Made by a program: the position numbers and the translations under genes
The notes under the pieces: model-generated
What the model was told of the DNA's origin: nothing
What the model saw: the letters and a program-made list of their open reading frames with translations, nothing else
Databases searched by the model: none
NCBI GenBank assembly: GCA_012862495.1
Contig: BLSG01000260.1
Span: 20,246 to 84,245 of the forward strand
DNA from: Thraustochytrium aureum
Lineage: Eukaryota
Direction: 5' to 3'
Length of the DNA stretch: 64,000 bases
Part shown: positions 46,610-59,196 of the stretch, one piece after another
Position numbering within the stretch: the first letter of the stretch is position 1
How the letters are laid out: the number at the start of each line of letters is the position of its first letter

Positions 46610-46858
46610 TCAGTCGCGTTTGATGCGCACCGTCCGGACAACTTGCACGTCGGCGTCCGCGAGTTGCTTGACCTTGCGTTCCCCTTGCCGCACGAGAAAC
46701 TCGATCAGCCGAAAGTCACTCTTCGGGACGTCCAGGTTCTTCCTAAACTCGTTGCGCACCGTGTCCACGCTGGCCCCGCTCGGGTCCTTCTTCTTGGCGT
46801 TGCGCAGCGCTTCTCTATACAGCCCCAGCACCTGTTTCTGGAGTCCTGAGTGCCTCAT
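46610..46858 (-). CDS. SDHAF1: LYR-motif protein, succinate dehydrogenase assembly factor 1-like
   Basis: MRHSGLQKQVLGLYR..LR, R.EFRKN and DF..IEFLVRQG. Confidence 0.85.
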   Translation of the reverse strand: MRHSGLQKQVLGLYREALRNAKKKDPSGASVDTVRNEFRKNLDVPKSDFRLIEFLVRQGERKVKQLADADVQVVRTVRIKRD

Positions 46859-47808
46859 CCCGGCCTGTCCGAGCCAAGCCAAACAACAACGCGCGGCGCC
46901 AGGCCCGATCAGTCGATGATCGACTCGTGCTCAACGGCCGATTCCGGCGCGCCAGCGGGGGTTTGTCCAGCTCCTCGTCGGCCTCCTCGACTCGATGTGG
47001 ACTGCGCCTGCGCCTGCCAAACACGCTTTGCCATGTATGTGCCGTGAGACTCACACAAACAATAAGACCCAAAATTCCTCCACTTTACCTCATCCGCATG
47101 GTGAAGAGCAACGCGAAACGAACCTTTCGTGAACTCTCGTGAGATCACTGATCTCCGCAGTTCGAGCCTCGCCGTGGAGGAGAAAAAAAGAAGAAGAATT
47201 CTAGTGGGGTGCGTGGCGAGCACCTGTAACGTCCTGCTTCAAGGGCGCATGAGGATCTTTGGAGGATTGTTTGCCTTGCGTCGGACCTGTTTCGGCCCTG
47301 TCGAGGTTTGTCTCCAGTTAGAGCTCTTTGTCGACAGAGGGGCCGTGCGCAGGCATGGTCACCCGGTCGTTGAACACTCTCGCATAGCGTCAGGCCAGGT
47401 AATGGAGCAGCGAGAAGAGAGGGCAATGAGCGGCTACTGGAAAGGACAACCGAGGGGTCGGGCGGGAATCATCCGGCGTAAGGCGGGTTTTCAACAAGGT
47501 TCGACTTTTCTTTTTCTCTTTTTTCTGTGCTTTGCTCCGAACGTGTTGCTCATGATGAGCCACTTGGGTTTTGCGTTTTGGTCAGGAGCCTTTTGTTTGG
47601 GGCTCGCTCGCCAGCGGATTGAGCCTTCAGATGCTTCACGAGCAAGTCGCTCCGGCCAACTTGTCTGGTCCGCAGGCGACCATCACCAAGTTTGTCACGG
47701 ACCATCATCAGCAATCGTAACCATTTTGCTCATCGACGTCTTCATTTGGGGACCTGCAAGGCTCATTTGAAGCTGTCCCGTTTCCTTTACTTCCTTCTTT
47801 CGATGCCT

Positions 47809-47950
47809 TCTCGTTCAGACTCTATCTCGTTCAGACTCTATCTCGTTCAAACTCTATCTCGTTCAGACTCTATCTCGTTCAGACTCTATCTCGTTCAGAC
47901 TCTATCTCGTTCAGACTCTATCTCGCTATCTCATTCAGATTCTATCTCGT
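47809..47950. repeat. 16-bp minisatellite (TCGTTCAGACTCTATC), about 8 copies
   Basis: Near-perfect tandem copies that degenerate at the 3' end. Confidence 0.95.
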
Positions 47951-48088
47951 CGCGGGCTCTGGCAGGTAGGTTTTGGGCTGCCACGGCGTCCTCCCCTCTC
48001 CGTCACTAATTCGCTCTCGCCACTGCACACTGCATATTGCACAAGCCTCCCTCCTCCGACCGACACACCTACCCCATCCGCCAGACGA

Positions 48089-50195
48089 CTAAAACATCGG
48101 CTCCATGTCTTGGTCGACTTTACGCACTACAAGGCAGCTCGTGTGGTTCACAAACGCGCGCACATGATCCTCGCTGAGAATCTCTGGATGCGCGTCCCAC
48201 TTGAACCGAAGTTCGCAGGTAAACGACTGGTTGTAGTAGACGAACTGCTTCGGCGACTTCGGCCGCACCAAATGCCCGGGCTTCTTCATCTGCGACAGCA
48301 ACGAGCCCTGGAGCGCTCGAGATGCGCCCGACATCTCCTTGAACCGATCGAACCGAATCTCCTTCTGGCCAAGCAACGCAAGCGAGGAAGCGAAAAAACC
48401 CTCATCCGGCCAGGCCAGCTCGGAAAACAGCTCTATGAGTGCGTGTTGGTGCTCGACGATGAGCTCGGCGTGGTCCCGTCGCAGTATGAAAAACTGCTGG
48501 TGCTTGATGCAGCACTTTGGTGAGATACCGAGCCGCTTTTGCCAGTCAGAGTTTGCTCGTATTGCGGCAGAAGCCTGCGCAGGGCAGCCCCACGACGGGT
48601 TGAAGCAGCTGTGGAACGTGAACCTACTCTTGCCTTCCGCAAGGATTTCGTTGCGCATCGAGTGAAAGGGGCGGAGTGGAACGCCCGAGCCGCTATGCAA
48701 GGCCATATAAGCAACGCTCGGGTCCTGCAACGCAGCTTCGATCATCAAAATCGTCGCCTGAACCAGCGAGATGTTGGCCCACTTGGTGGGGATTGGCGTG
48801 GGGACGCACCTCCCAGCTAACGGCGGAAGGAGGTCGTCGCACACGAAGGACGCGTGAGCTACTATCGTGAACTCTTCTTCCGCGCCCCCCTCAAAGAATT
48901 TCCGCCATGCTGACAACGCGACGGGGTTTTTGGTCACCAAAAACATGTGGGCGATTTTTGGCGTCTCGAGCGAGACTGCCGCGGCGGGTCTCTCGGCTCG
49001 TGCGGTAAGGGACTCCATGAGCGAGGGCGGAAATGTTGCCGGCTGCGAAGACCCTGTGCTTTGCGCACTGGAGTGCGCGCCCTTTGCCTTTTCTTGCGAG
49101 CCTTTTCGGCTGCCCTGCCTACGCGCTCCTGCCCTGGCCTGGCCTCGCGGTATCAAGCGCGGTGCGTCTCCAGAGGCTTTGCGGGGTGTTTCACGCAGGC
49201 CCGCAAGAGAAGCCTTCGGACGCACATCGCCGCTTTTGACGGCGGGCTCAAGCTCAAGGTCAGTNNNNNNNNNNNNNNNNNNNNNNNNNNNNNNNNNNNN
49301 NNNNNNNNNNNNNNNNNNNNNNNNNNNNNNNNNNNNNNNNNNNNNNNNNNNNNNNNNNNNNNNNNNNNNNNNNNNNNNNNNNNNNNNNNNNNNNNNNNNN
49401 NNNNNNNNNNNNNNNNNNNNNNNNNNNNNNNNNNNNNNNNNNNNNNNNNNNNNNNNNNNNNNNNNNNNNNNNNNNNNNNNNNNNNNNNNNNNNNNNNNNN
49501 NNNNNNNNNNNNNNNNNNNNNNNNNNNNNNNNNNNNNNNNNNNNNNNNNNNNNNNNNNNNNNNNNNNNNNNNNNNNNNNNNNNNNNNNNNNNNNNNNNNN
49601 NNNNNNNNNNNNNNNNNNNNNNNNNNNNNNNNNNNNNNNNNNNNNNNNNNNNNNNNNNNNNNNNNNNNNNNNNNNNNNNNNNNNNNNNNNNNNNNNNNNN
49701 NNNNNNNNNNNNNNNNNNNNNNNNNNNNNNNNNNNNNNNNNNNNNNNNNNNNNNNNNNNNNNNNNNNNNNNNNNNNNNNNNNNNNNNNNNNNNNNNNNNN
49801 NNNNNNNNNNNNNNNNNNNNNNNNNNNNNNNNNNNNNNNNNNNNNNNNNNNNNNNNNNNNNNNNNNNNNNNNNNNNNNNNNNNNNNNNNNNNNNNNNNNN
49901 NNNNNNNNNNNNNNNNNNNNNNNNNNNNNNNNNNNNNNNNNNNNNNNNNNNNNNNNNNNNNNNNNNNNNNNNNNNNNNNNNNNNNNNNNNNNNNNNNNNT
50001 ACCGTTGCTTCCGCTCTCGACGCCGCTTTCGGCGCCGCTCTCGGCGTCGCTCTCGGCGACTGCGTGACTTGAGTGTCTTGTGTTCTCCTTGTACCTGTTG
50101 CCATGAAACCAATCTCTTTCTGCGCGCCACACACTCGCCACCGCAGCGAAGCACAACGCGGCCAACACACATGCTACCGCTGTGAACTGGCGCAT
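48089..50195 (-). CDS. Core-2/I-branching (GT14/DUF266-like) glycosyltransferase, type II membrane protein; gapped
   Basis: N-terminal anchor MRQFTAVACVLAALCFAAVASVW; KIAHMFLV..W..FF, TKWANISLVQA..L...AL.DP, S.SGVPL..F, QFFILRRDHA, PDEGFF and VVRKV. Confidence 0.85.
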
Positions 50196-52870
50196 CGTCG
50201 CTCCTCCCCCCTGGTTGGCCGTTGGCCCCCGCCGCCGCCAACGACGCTTGCGGCGCTCGAACCTGTTTGCAGTGCGTCTCGACTGCTGCGTAAGCCTTAC
50301 CCCAACGCAACTCACCAACCCATTTCTCATCAAAGAAGGCGACGTAGTTGGAACAGACACGCCCAGAACAGAAGAAGCTGAAACAGCTGGAACAGCTGGC
50401 AGCCCGACATGGGAAGCTCAGGTTCCTGCGCCTCTAGCTCGAGCTAGCTCGAAGTACCTGGTCGGTGGCCGGCCACCACTTGGATGGTCGAGCTGCGCGC
50501 TGCATGACCGTCGAAGCGGGGTCATCACCCAATGAGCGGGGGTGTGCAGCATGTGTTTGAGCTCGTCGATAGCACACTGCCAGCCTGGCAGCGGGCAAGA
50601 CGTTTTTTCACACGTCGATGCCCACCGAGGACGAAGCGAGGTCTGGCGCGACGACGTTTCAACGACGCCCACCCAGCGCGAGCAGCCGATATCGCTTGAG
50701 CAGAAGCAGGAGGAGGTGCTGCGGCGCGCTGCGCTCGTCGGCTGCGCTCCGCGCTACGTGTTCGACTTCTTCGACTCCAAAGACCGCTGCGGCGCGATCA
50801 AGGCCAGCGTGAAGGAAACATTTGCGAGCAAGCCCGTCGACGTTGTATTGGAGGCTGCGGATCAGAACTGAAGCAGGGCAGTTCGTCCTCTGTGTCCCTC
50901 TTCGTCAGTCGATTGCCTATCCGACCCCGGACTACATAGCAACCCCAGAACACAGCTTACCCACACGCCTTCTGCCTCGCACCTCAGCTTGACGCCCGCT
51001 GGCACCGTCCAGCGCGCTCAGCCCGGCTCAGCTTGGCAACCCTGCTGGGAATTGAACCCGGCCGGATCTACGTGGGGCAGTACCCCTCGTTTTATTTCGC
51101 GGACGCGCGTCCCCCCGGTCACGGGAGGGCACGGGATTCAGCAACCGTGTCGGCATCAGTCTCTGGCGCGCTCTTCTTCACGGGCGGTCGAGGCGGAGTG
51201 GGTGCGCCGTAGGCAGGCCGCCGCCTGTGCTCCACCGAGTGAAAACTGTTGGCGATCACCAAAGGCCGCATGAACGACAGGACAAAGGCGCTTGAAACGG
51301 TTTCGACTGGATCGGCGTTCGGTGGCCATTTTGAGTCATCCTGGGCGCTCCAGTGCGCTCACCTGGAAGCGGCGTGAGCGCAAGCGGGCCAATGTCTATG
51401 GTGGGAACAAGCAGGATTAGATGTAGAGTACGAGCGTATTCGAGAACTCGCTTGACACGTTGCTGCTACCGCCCAGGGAGGTCGTCCCAGCCGTCGACGG
51501 CGCCCTGGCTGCGGACACCTTGCACTGCGGCAAAGACACCGCATCTAGCTATTTCAAGATTCGGCCCGGCTCAGCTGCTGTAGCCCGGCCATGACAAGCC
51601 GACGGCCGATGCGCGAGTCCTGCACATCGCTCAAGTTCACCCGCGTGAGAATAAGGTTGTCGCCGCTGCGTTCGAGGGCGATTTGACACCGAAAGCCCTT
51701 CGGCGGAGGACGCGGCCGCCAAGGCCGCACTGATCGAGAGGGGCAAAAGACGCACGAAGCTGGTGGGCGAGTGGGTCAAGTTGGGCCCCGTCGGCTTCCC
51801 AAAGCTGAGATGTCACGTCGTGGCTGAGGCTTTGTCTGTTTATCTTTGGATGGTGCAACTATTTCGGCCCGCGGGTGATCGTCGTTCGTTACCGACATTC
51901 CTTGTCAACATCGGCAGGAGAATGCTATCATTCGTGGAGATCTTTCTTCGCCATCGCCAGACCATCGGCAGCACGCGGCTTTCCTCGCGTACAAAGATGT
52001 CCCGTTCGTTTCAGGCCCCGTTCGGTAGGTTGTCTCGGGTGTTAACTCGACCGAGGCCTTGGCTTCGTTTGGTCAAAGCAAAACGGTCATCGCCGCTTCC
52101 CATCTCACCTCCAAACCCAGTTGGCGTTCGACCGCTCGTATCTGGAACGTACCTACGCTACTGCTGCAGCTGTCACGTACCCCAGACGGCCTCTCTAGAG
52201 CTAGCGCCCAGTGGTAAGTACCGTTCGCTCGCAGCTCGCGGAGTCCTCGCCGTTCGCCCGCGGCGAAGAAGGCACATCGAGTACTCCAGCTCGCTCTCGA
52301 GCACATACACTGGTACGATACACTGCAGCTCCTCGTGATGCAATCCAACAGCGCAGTCGAGCCTCTCTACGTCATCACAGGNNNNNNNNNNNNNNNNNNN
52401 NNNNNNNNNNNNNNNNNNNNNNNNNNNNNNNNNNNNNNNNNNNNNNNNNNNNNNNNNNNNNNNNNNNNNNNNNNNNNNNNNNNNNNNNNNNNNNNNNNNN
52501 NNNNNNNNNNNNNNNNNNNNNNNNNNNNNNNNNNNNNNNNNNNNNNNNNNNNNNNNNNNNNNNNNNNNNNNNNNNNNNNNNNNNNNNNNNNNNNNNNNNN
52601 NNNNNNNNNNNNNNNNNNNNNNNNNNNNNNNNNNNNNNNNNNNNNNNNNNNNNNNNNNNNNNNNNNNNNNNNNNNNNNNNNNNNNNNNNNNNNNNNNNNN
52701 NNNNNNNNNNNNNNNNNNNNNNNNNNNNNNNNNNNNNNNNNNNNNNNNNNNNNNNNNNNNNNNNNNNNNNNNNNNNNNNNNNNNNNNNNNNNNNNNNNNN
52801 NNNNNNNNNNNNNNNNNNNNNNNNNNNNNNNNNNNNNNNNNNNNNNNNNNNNNNNNNNNNNNNNNNNNNC

Positions 52871-54242
52871 CAACCTAAAGGCGCCCGAGCAGGTTGGCCC
52901 CATAGAGACCCCCGCCGCCACCGAGACCGCAGCAAGGACGAGCACGTCCCGGTCCAGCGCGTCCCGGTCCAGCACCTCGCGCGCCAGCAAAATGGAAAAG
53001 CAAACGTCGAGATCCAGCTTCGCTCAGTTCGTCAAGAACCGCGTGCCGTCCCTCAGGGCCGTCTCGCACGTGTCCTCCAAAAGCAACCTGGTGGGTGAGA
53101 GCCCCAGCGAGATGGGGTCTGCGCGTCAGGCACACGTCGACCAGATTCGCATGCTCTTGCGCATGACCTCGGCAGGCGCCTTTAAGGCTGGCATGCACTT
53201 TCGTCGGTACGAGGAGCCGTCCGCCGAAACGCTCGAGCTGTACAAGTCACCCGGCGGACTTGTCAAGTGGCGCAGAAACATGGACATTGGCTGGACCAAG
53301 ATCCACGCTGCTGCCTGGAACCGCGACGAAAAGGCCCTCCGCAAGGTCCTCCGCGCAGCGCCAAAGAGCGACATCAACCTCCTCACTGGCGACTGCCTCG
53401 AGTCAGCCATCTCGCTCGCGGTAAAGCGCGGCAGTCGCCCTTGCGTTAGCGTCCTCCTCGAAGCGGGCGCCGACATTGACCTGAGCGATACCTTCGGCTA
53501 CACGCCCCTTCACTATGCGATCAGGCGCTCCGACACCATCATGTTTGATAGCCTCATGGGGCGCAAGGCCGATGTCTCGGCCGTCACGGCCGAGCTGGGG
53601 CTCTCCCCGCTCCACCTCGCGGCGAGGTATGCCAACGAAGACATTGTCAAGGCCTTGCTTGACAGGGAGGTCGACGTTGACGTGCTCGACAAGCGCGGGT
53701 GGACGCCCCTCTACTATGCCGTCATGCGGAACGGCACCGCCTCCTTGGTCAACCTGCTCGTTGATCGGGGCGCCAACGTCTCGCACAAGGACAAGTATGG
53801 CCTCTCGCCGCTCCACTGCGCGGTCGTCTCGGACGACCCCGACGTGCTTCCTCCGCTTATTGAGCGCGGCGCGCGCATGGATGCCAAGGACGCAAACGCA
53901 TGGACGCCGCTCCACTATTGCGCGCGGTACGATGCCGTCATGAGCCTGCAGACCCTTCTCGAGTTTGGGGCTCGCCCGTCGCCCACGGTTGTTGCTGAGG
54001 TGGCGCCTTACGACATTGCCTTCCGCCACGGGTTTGACAAGGTGCTCACGTTGCTCGAGGGCGCCAACGATTTCAGGATGCCTGAAGGCGACAGAAGCAC
54101 CATCAACTGCGATGACTCTTGTCTCGGCATGTACGAGCGCATGGACAAGGAGATTGACCTCGCCGAGCTCGCGAACATTCACGCCGTGCTCACGCACGCT
54201 GGCGCGTATCAGCCGGACGGCTCGTGTTGTGTAATCCTCTAA
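52871..54242 (+). CDS. Ankyrin-repeat protein with C-terminal CCVIL; start at ATG 52992 or in the gap
   Basis: About 7 ankyrin repeats (GYTPLHYA, GLSPLHLAA, GWTPLYYA, GLSPLHCA, WTPLHYCA). Confidence 0.9.
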
Positions 54243-54534
54243 AGTCCCCGTCCGGTCGTGCGCGCAGCCTGCATCCAATGCGCAGTGCGCTTGCACCGCT
54301 GACTGAAGACTATCCTCTCCGGCTAGAGCTGTTGCGCTGGAGAGACTCGCTCCCTCTGAACTGAAAACGTGGGCGGCTGTTGTTTCTTTCTTTTGTCTTC
54401 ATCGTTTGCCTTGATTGAGAGCCAAAGGAATTTCTCCCAGACCCGATCCTTCTCGGGAACGTCGTCGTTGTCACCACTTGCCGGTGCCAATGCGCTTCGA
54501 GGCTGCTCAGTGTCACGGTTGGTGGCCTCCCTGC

Positions 54535-55489
54535 TCAAAAGCCTTCGAGTTGGGCGGCGAGTTCACCTGCCCCGTGACGCAACCTGCCGGCAGGGCCAAA
54601 CAACGCGACCAGCATCCCGTAGTACGTAGGAGCCGCGATGACGGCGTCGATTTTGCTCTCCCAAGCGCGCTCGTGCACAGCGAGCAGCACAGCGTGCAGG
54701 ACCACCAGCGAGGGGAATCCGCAGCTCAGAGCCTCGTCCACCAGGCCACGAGCCACCACCAGCNNNNNNNNNNNNNNNNNNNNNNNNNNNNNNNNNNNNN
54801 NNNNNNNNNNNNNNNNNNNNNNNNNNNNNNNNNNNNNNNNNNNNNNNNNNNNNNNNNNNNNNNNNNNNNNNNNNNNNNNNNNNNNNNNNNNNNNNNNNNN
54901 NNNNNNNNNNNNNNNNNNNNNNNNNNNNNNNNNNNNNNNNNNNNNNNNNNNNNNNNNNNNNNNNNNNNNNNNNNNNNNNNNNNNNNNNNNNNNNNNNNNN
55001 NNNNNNNNNNNNNNNNNNNNNNNNNNNNNNNNNNNNNNNNNNNNNNNNNNNNNNNNNNNNNNNNNNNNNNNNNNNNNNNNNNNNNNNNNNNNNNNNNNNN
55101 NNNNNNNNNNNNNNNNNNNNNNNNNNNNNNNNNNNNNNNNNNNNNNNNNNNNNNNNNNNNNNNNNNNNNNNNNNNNNNNNNNNNNNNNNNNNNNNNNNNN
55201 NNNCCTGTCCGTGCGGGGTCACCAGCACGACTAGGTCGGGCGCCATCTTCCGCAGCGCCTCGCGGGCATCAAGGGCAGCAGCGTGGACTCGGTCGGCGGC
55301 CACCCTCGCAGCAGACCCCTCGGCGAGCAGCTCGGGCATCAACGCAAAGTCGCCGTGGGGAATCACTGCGGCGCCGACGAGTCTGGCATCGGCCGTCCAA
55401 TTCAATCGCGCGACAGCCGCCAGCGCGACCGCCGCGCGCGCGACTCGCGCCAACCTGGCCGCCATTCTGGGCGCCATTCTGACCACCAT
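54535..55489 (-). CDS. LigB/Memo-fold (class III extradiol dioxygenase-like) protein with N-terminal leader; gapped
   Basis: LVGAAVIPHG..PDLVVLVTPHG before the gap; SCGFPSL..L and APTYYGMLVA after it. Confidence 0.75.
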
Positions 55490-55749
55490 TCAGGTTTCGA
55501 ATTTTTGGGAGTCGAAGACTAGACCTCTAGCGTCGCGCGAGCCGGCCAGTACGCGCAGCCTCATCCAAGCAGCAGCCTTGGCGGCCGAGTCACTCTCCGG
55601 CGGAGACCGAGAGGCTGCGGGAGGGGGAGAGGGCAAGGGGGCGGGGATTCGCGTCGCGCTTTCGTTTCGTTTCTTGTTTTTTTGTTTGAAATTGGCGCAT
55701 CCCGCGTCGGGTCGCGCGCTGCCAAGTGGCTGGCTTGCGCTGCCCCGGG

Positions 55750-56556
55750 ATGGCGCAGTACCTGAGCTCGAGCGAGGTCGAGTTCTTTGCAGAGGATGAG
55801 CTGGTTGCGATCGTGCCAAAGTTTGAGGAGGGCGCGCTGGAGCTGATCTGCGGCAGCTTCGGGCCGTTTGTGCCGCAGACCCCCGTCGAGGTCCCGCTAT
55901 GGCTCGCCGTGGCGTTGCGCAGGCAGCAAAAGTGCCAAATACAGTGCCCTGCGTGGATGACTAGGGAGAACTTGGCGCAGGTGAAAGACGCAGAAAAGGG
56001 CTCCAGCGTGAGCTCGCTCCAGCGGCTACCGACGCACTACATCGAGGTGGCCTCGATGCTGCTTCAGCACGGCGCCGACGACATTGCCGACCTGCACCAA
56101 GTGCGCTCGCTGCTGGAAGACATCGAGAATCTTAGACAGCACAAGATCCGCCTCGGCTTGCAAAAGATGGCGGAGGAGCAGATCAACGAGCCGCTGCAGT
56201 ACCTCAAGCTCAACAACGCTTCGGCGATGGAGATCAACGCGATTCGCCCGCTGCTTCTCAAGACGCTGCACAAGTTCTATCGGCTCTACGAGAGCGGGGC
56301 GGCCGCCATCGAGGCAGCGCAGGACTTGCAAGACTACCACGAGTCGGTTCGCGAGACCATGGACGCTCCGCAGGCCGGAGGCAACGGACTCGGCAACAGG
56401 ACAAGGGCGGCAAACCGCGCCGTGGGCGCCGGCGCCATGGCGTCACAAGACACCGTGCCCAACTCGCAGACCTCCTATGACTCTGACGACGACCGTTTCG
56501 CTGCCGTCTCGCAGGAGGACGACTCTGGGGGCCGCCTTCGTTCGCTGAGGGCTTAG
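55750..56556 (+). CDS. PSF2: GINS complex subunit Psf2
   Basis: EVEFFAEDELV.IVP.F, GPF.P..PVEVPLWLA..L..QQKC.I..P.W, LP.HYIE and LNN..AMEIN.IRP. Confidence 0.95.
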   Translation: MAQYLSSSEVEFFAEDELVAIVPKFEEGALELICGSFGPFVPQTPVEVPLWLAVALRRQQKCQIQCPAWMTRENLAQVKDAEKGSSVSSLQRLPTHYIEVASMLLQHGADDIADLHQVRSLLEDIENLRQHKIRLGLQKMAEEQINEPLQYLKLNNASAMEINAIRPLLLKTLHKFYRLYESGAAAIEAAQDLQDYHESVRETMDAPQAGGNGLGNRTRAANRAVGAGAMASQDTVPNSQTSYDSDDDRFAAVSQEDDSGGRLRSLRA

Positions 56557-57749
56557 CGCGCCCCTCTTCGCTTCCTAGAGCGTGCGCGCGAGGCCCACGC
56601 AGCACGGAGCGCTGCAGTCAAGTCCGGATGCGGCCGACGTCGATGTACTCCTCCATCACCAAAACACACAAACGCCTATCTTGCTCACTTTTGTGTCCTC
56701 GCCTCGTAAAGCGCGGGGATCGGCGCAAACCGAGCGCGTAACTTGCCACAGTCTGCCGCAGTCTGTCGCAGTTTGTGCGAGTCGCGACCTTCAGCCGCTT
56801 GATTGCCAAGAAGTCACCACAAGATCACGGCCGCACACACAAGTCATCCTCGTGCGCCGCACAGCGAGCGCCTTGCCCCGCCCCTCCTCAAGCCGCAAGC
56901 CCAGCCGCCCCGTCGGCGGCGCATCAGCAGAGCGGCAGAGTCAGCACGCCAGGCACCGTCCGCGAGCACCACCTCAGCCCAAAGCCGTCCGCAACAAAGC
57001 GGCAAGCAATCACACGGGGAGCGCGAGAGCGCCAAATGCGTGCGCGAACAGGCGAGCAGGCACGTGTTGCAGCTCTGGCCTGGGCCGATCGGCCTGCGAC
57101 GGCCTGCGACGGCCGCCATGATCGGCATCCTCGGCAAACGCCAATTCTCGGAGCCCTTCAGTCAGAATCAACTCATGGGCGAAGGGCACCAAGACCGTTT
57201 CGCCACGCGCTTTGGTGCGCGCCCCGCGGCACAGCAGGCAGGAGGCCTTGCGCAGATTGGCGGCGGGCGCGCTCGCTCGCTCGCTGGGCCGATACTGCGC
57301 GGCCTCGGTCCCGACGGAAGGATTGGTGTGCTGGCGGAAGGATTGTGGTGATTTTGGGGGGTGAACTGGCTTTGGCCTCCACTACGCGCAGCCTGTCTGA
57401 AGGCTGGACGCCGCCGCCAGGTGGAGCGCTCGGCGCCGGCAAGGGCCCTGCGGGGGTGCCGGAGTGCTGCGAGCGAGTCGGNNNNNNNNNNNNNNNNNNN
57501 NNNNNNNNNNNNNNNNNNNNNNNNNNNNNNNNNNNNNNNNNNNNNNNNNNNNNNNNNNNNNNNNNNNNNNNNNNNNNNNNNNNNNNNNNNNNNNNNNNNN
57601 NNNNNNNNNNCGGTCCGGGCAGGCCGCGGCCAAGACGAGGCGGGGCGGTCAGTTTTTCCCCCCTTTCTCCCTTCCTCCGAGCTACTACTGTCTAGAGGCC
57701 GGGTCGGGGCGCTGCGCTGTAGCGCCTTGGATACGACGCAACCCACAAA

Positions 57750-59196
57750 ATGCCGTGGCGGTGCGACTTTTGCACGTTCATAAACTATTGCGACACGTTT
57801 CTGACGTGCGAGATTTGCCAAGCCAAGCGCGCCGCGCCGACCGCAGCGAGTCCGCCGCCGTTTGACCTCAACTTGACGTCGCAGGACAATGCCGAAGCGT
57901 ACTTTGAGGGGGCAGACAGCCCGGACTGCGTTGATGGGTTTTCCCTCGAGCAGGTCTCCCCGCGCGGCGCTTTCGACAGCAGCGACGACGACAGCTTGGA
58001 GGCTGAAGAAGCGCAGATTGGGCGGAGCGCGCAGAGCGGGGCGAGCCAGCCCTCCGCGGCACACGGCTCCGCCGCGGAGCAAAGCACAAGCGGTGCGAGC
58101 CGTCGGCGTCGCGCGAGGCCGCCTGCTCCCGCAAAGGCGCCGCGCTCCACTGCAGCGCAGCTTGGCGCTTGCAAAGACGAGCGGCTGCAGCTCTTGCAAG
58201 AGATCCTCGGGTCGGAGCGCACCTATGTGGACTCGCTGTGCGTGTTGGTCACGCACTTCCTGCAGCCTCTGCAGGCTGCTGCCAATGAGGGAAAACCAGT
58301 CGTCTCGGACAAGACCATGAACGGGATCTTCAGCAACGTGCAACAGCTGATGAGTGTCAACGTGGAGCTGCTGCGGGTGATGGAGATGGAACTCGTGCGG
58401 GAGGGCGGCACCCCGCCCAGGCCTCACCAACGCTCAAGGCGATCTCTGGCGCTTCGGCGACAGTCACGCTCAAGCGCGGCGAGGAGCTCTCTTCTGCCAT
58501 CACGAAGGCGTTCAAAGAGATCATCCCATACTTCAAGATGTACTCGTGCTACGTGAACAACTATGGGTCGGCTGTCAACCTGCTCAAGTCCGAGCAGTCT
58601 AGCAACAAGGCCTTCGCGCGGTACCTTGCCGAGCAGCACTCGCATGCCATCTGCAAGGGCCTCGACCTCGGCGCATACCTGATTATGCCTGTCCAGAGGC
58701 TCTGTAAATACCCGCTCTTGTTCGACCGGCTCGTGCGCGCTACGCCAAAGGACAATGCCGACTATGCCAGCATCAGCCAGGTGGCCGAGGTGGTCAACCA
58801 GATCACCAGCGCCGTGGACCTGGATCGCGACCGCGCAGAAAAGTCGCTGCGCGGCTTTGAGATCGCCAACTTTATCTCGCTCGAGGCGCTCTCAAAGCGA
58901 ATGGGGTACAAGGTGCAGCTCATCGAGCCCGGCCGCGTTTTCAAGTACGAGTGGGAAGGCCTGCTCTCGCGCGTGCAGGCCAAGCGCAGCAGCACCGAGC
59001 AAAAGCCCCGCAAGATGTTCCTCTTCTCCGATGTGCTCATCATCGCGAAAAGGGGGTCCAAGGGCTACGACGCGCGCGCGTGGATGGAGCTGGGCGAGCC
59101 GTTTCGGCTCGGCGACCTTCCGCCGCTCCCAGCGGTAGAGCAGGAGGCGGCCAAGGCGGGAAGCAGAAGCAGCGGCCCGTCCGGCGGAGCGCAGAC
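57750..59196 (+). CDS. Dbl-family RhoGEF (DH-PH) with N-terminal RanBP2-type zinc finger; frameshift near 58420, 3' end in gap
   Basis: WRCDFCTFIN..CEICQ; EILGSERTYVDSL, IFSNV..L, YSCYVNN and YLIMPVQRLCKYPLL; PH-like MFLFSDVLIIAK. Confidence 0.88.

Noticed and set aside
47809..47950. 16-bp repeat array as a CRISPR or telomere-like array
   Set aside because: Units are directly adjacent with no unique spacers, there are no cas genes and the context is eukaryotic; it is an ordinary minisatellite.
50380..52380. Possible transposon relic or small genes
   Set aside because: No terminal repeats and no transposase or RT motifs seen.
57118..57351. Possible first exon MIGILGKRQFSEPFSQNQLMGEGHQDRFATRF
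   Set aside because: No homology recognised, and the downstream sequence falls in a gap.
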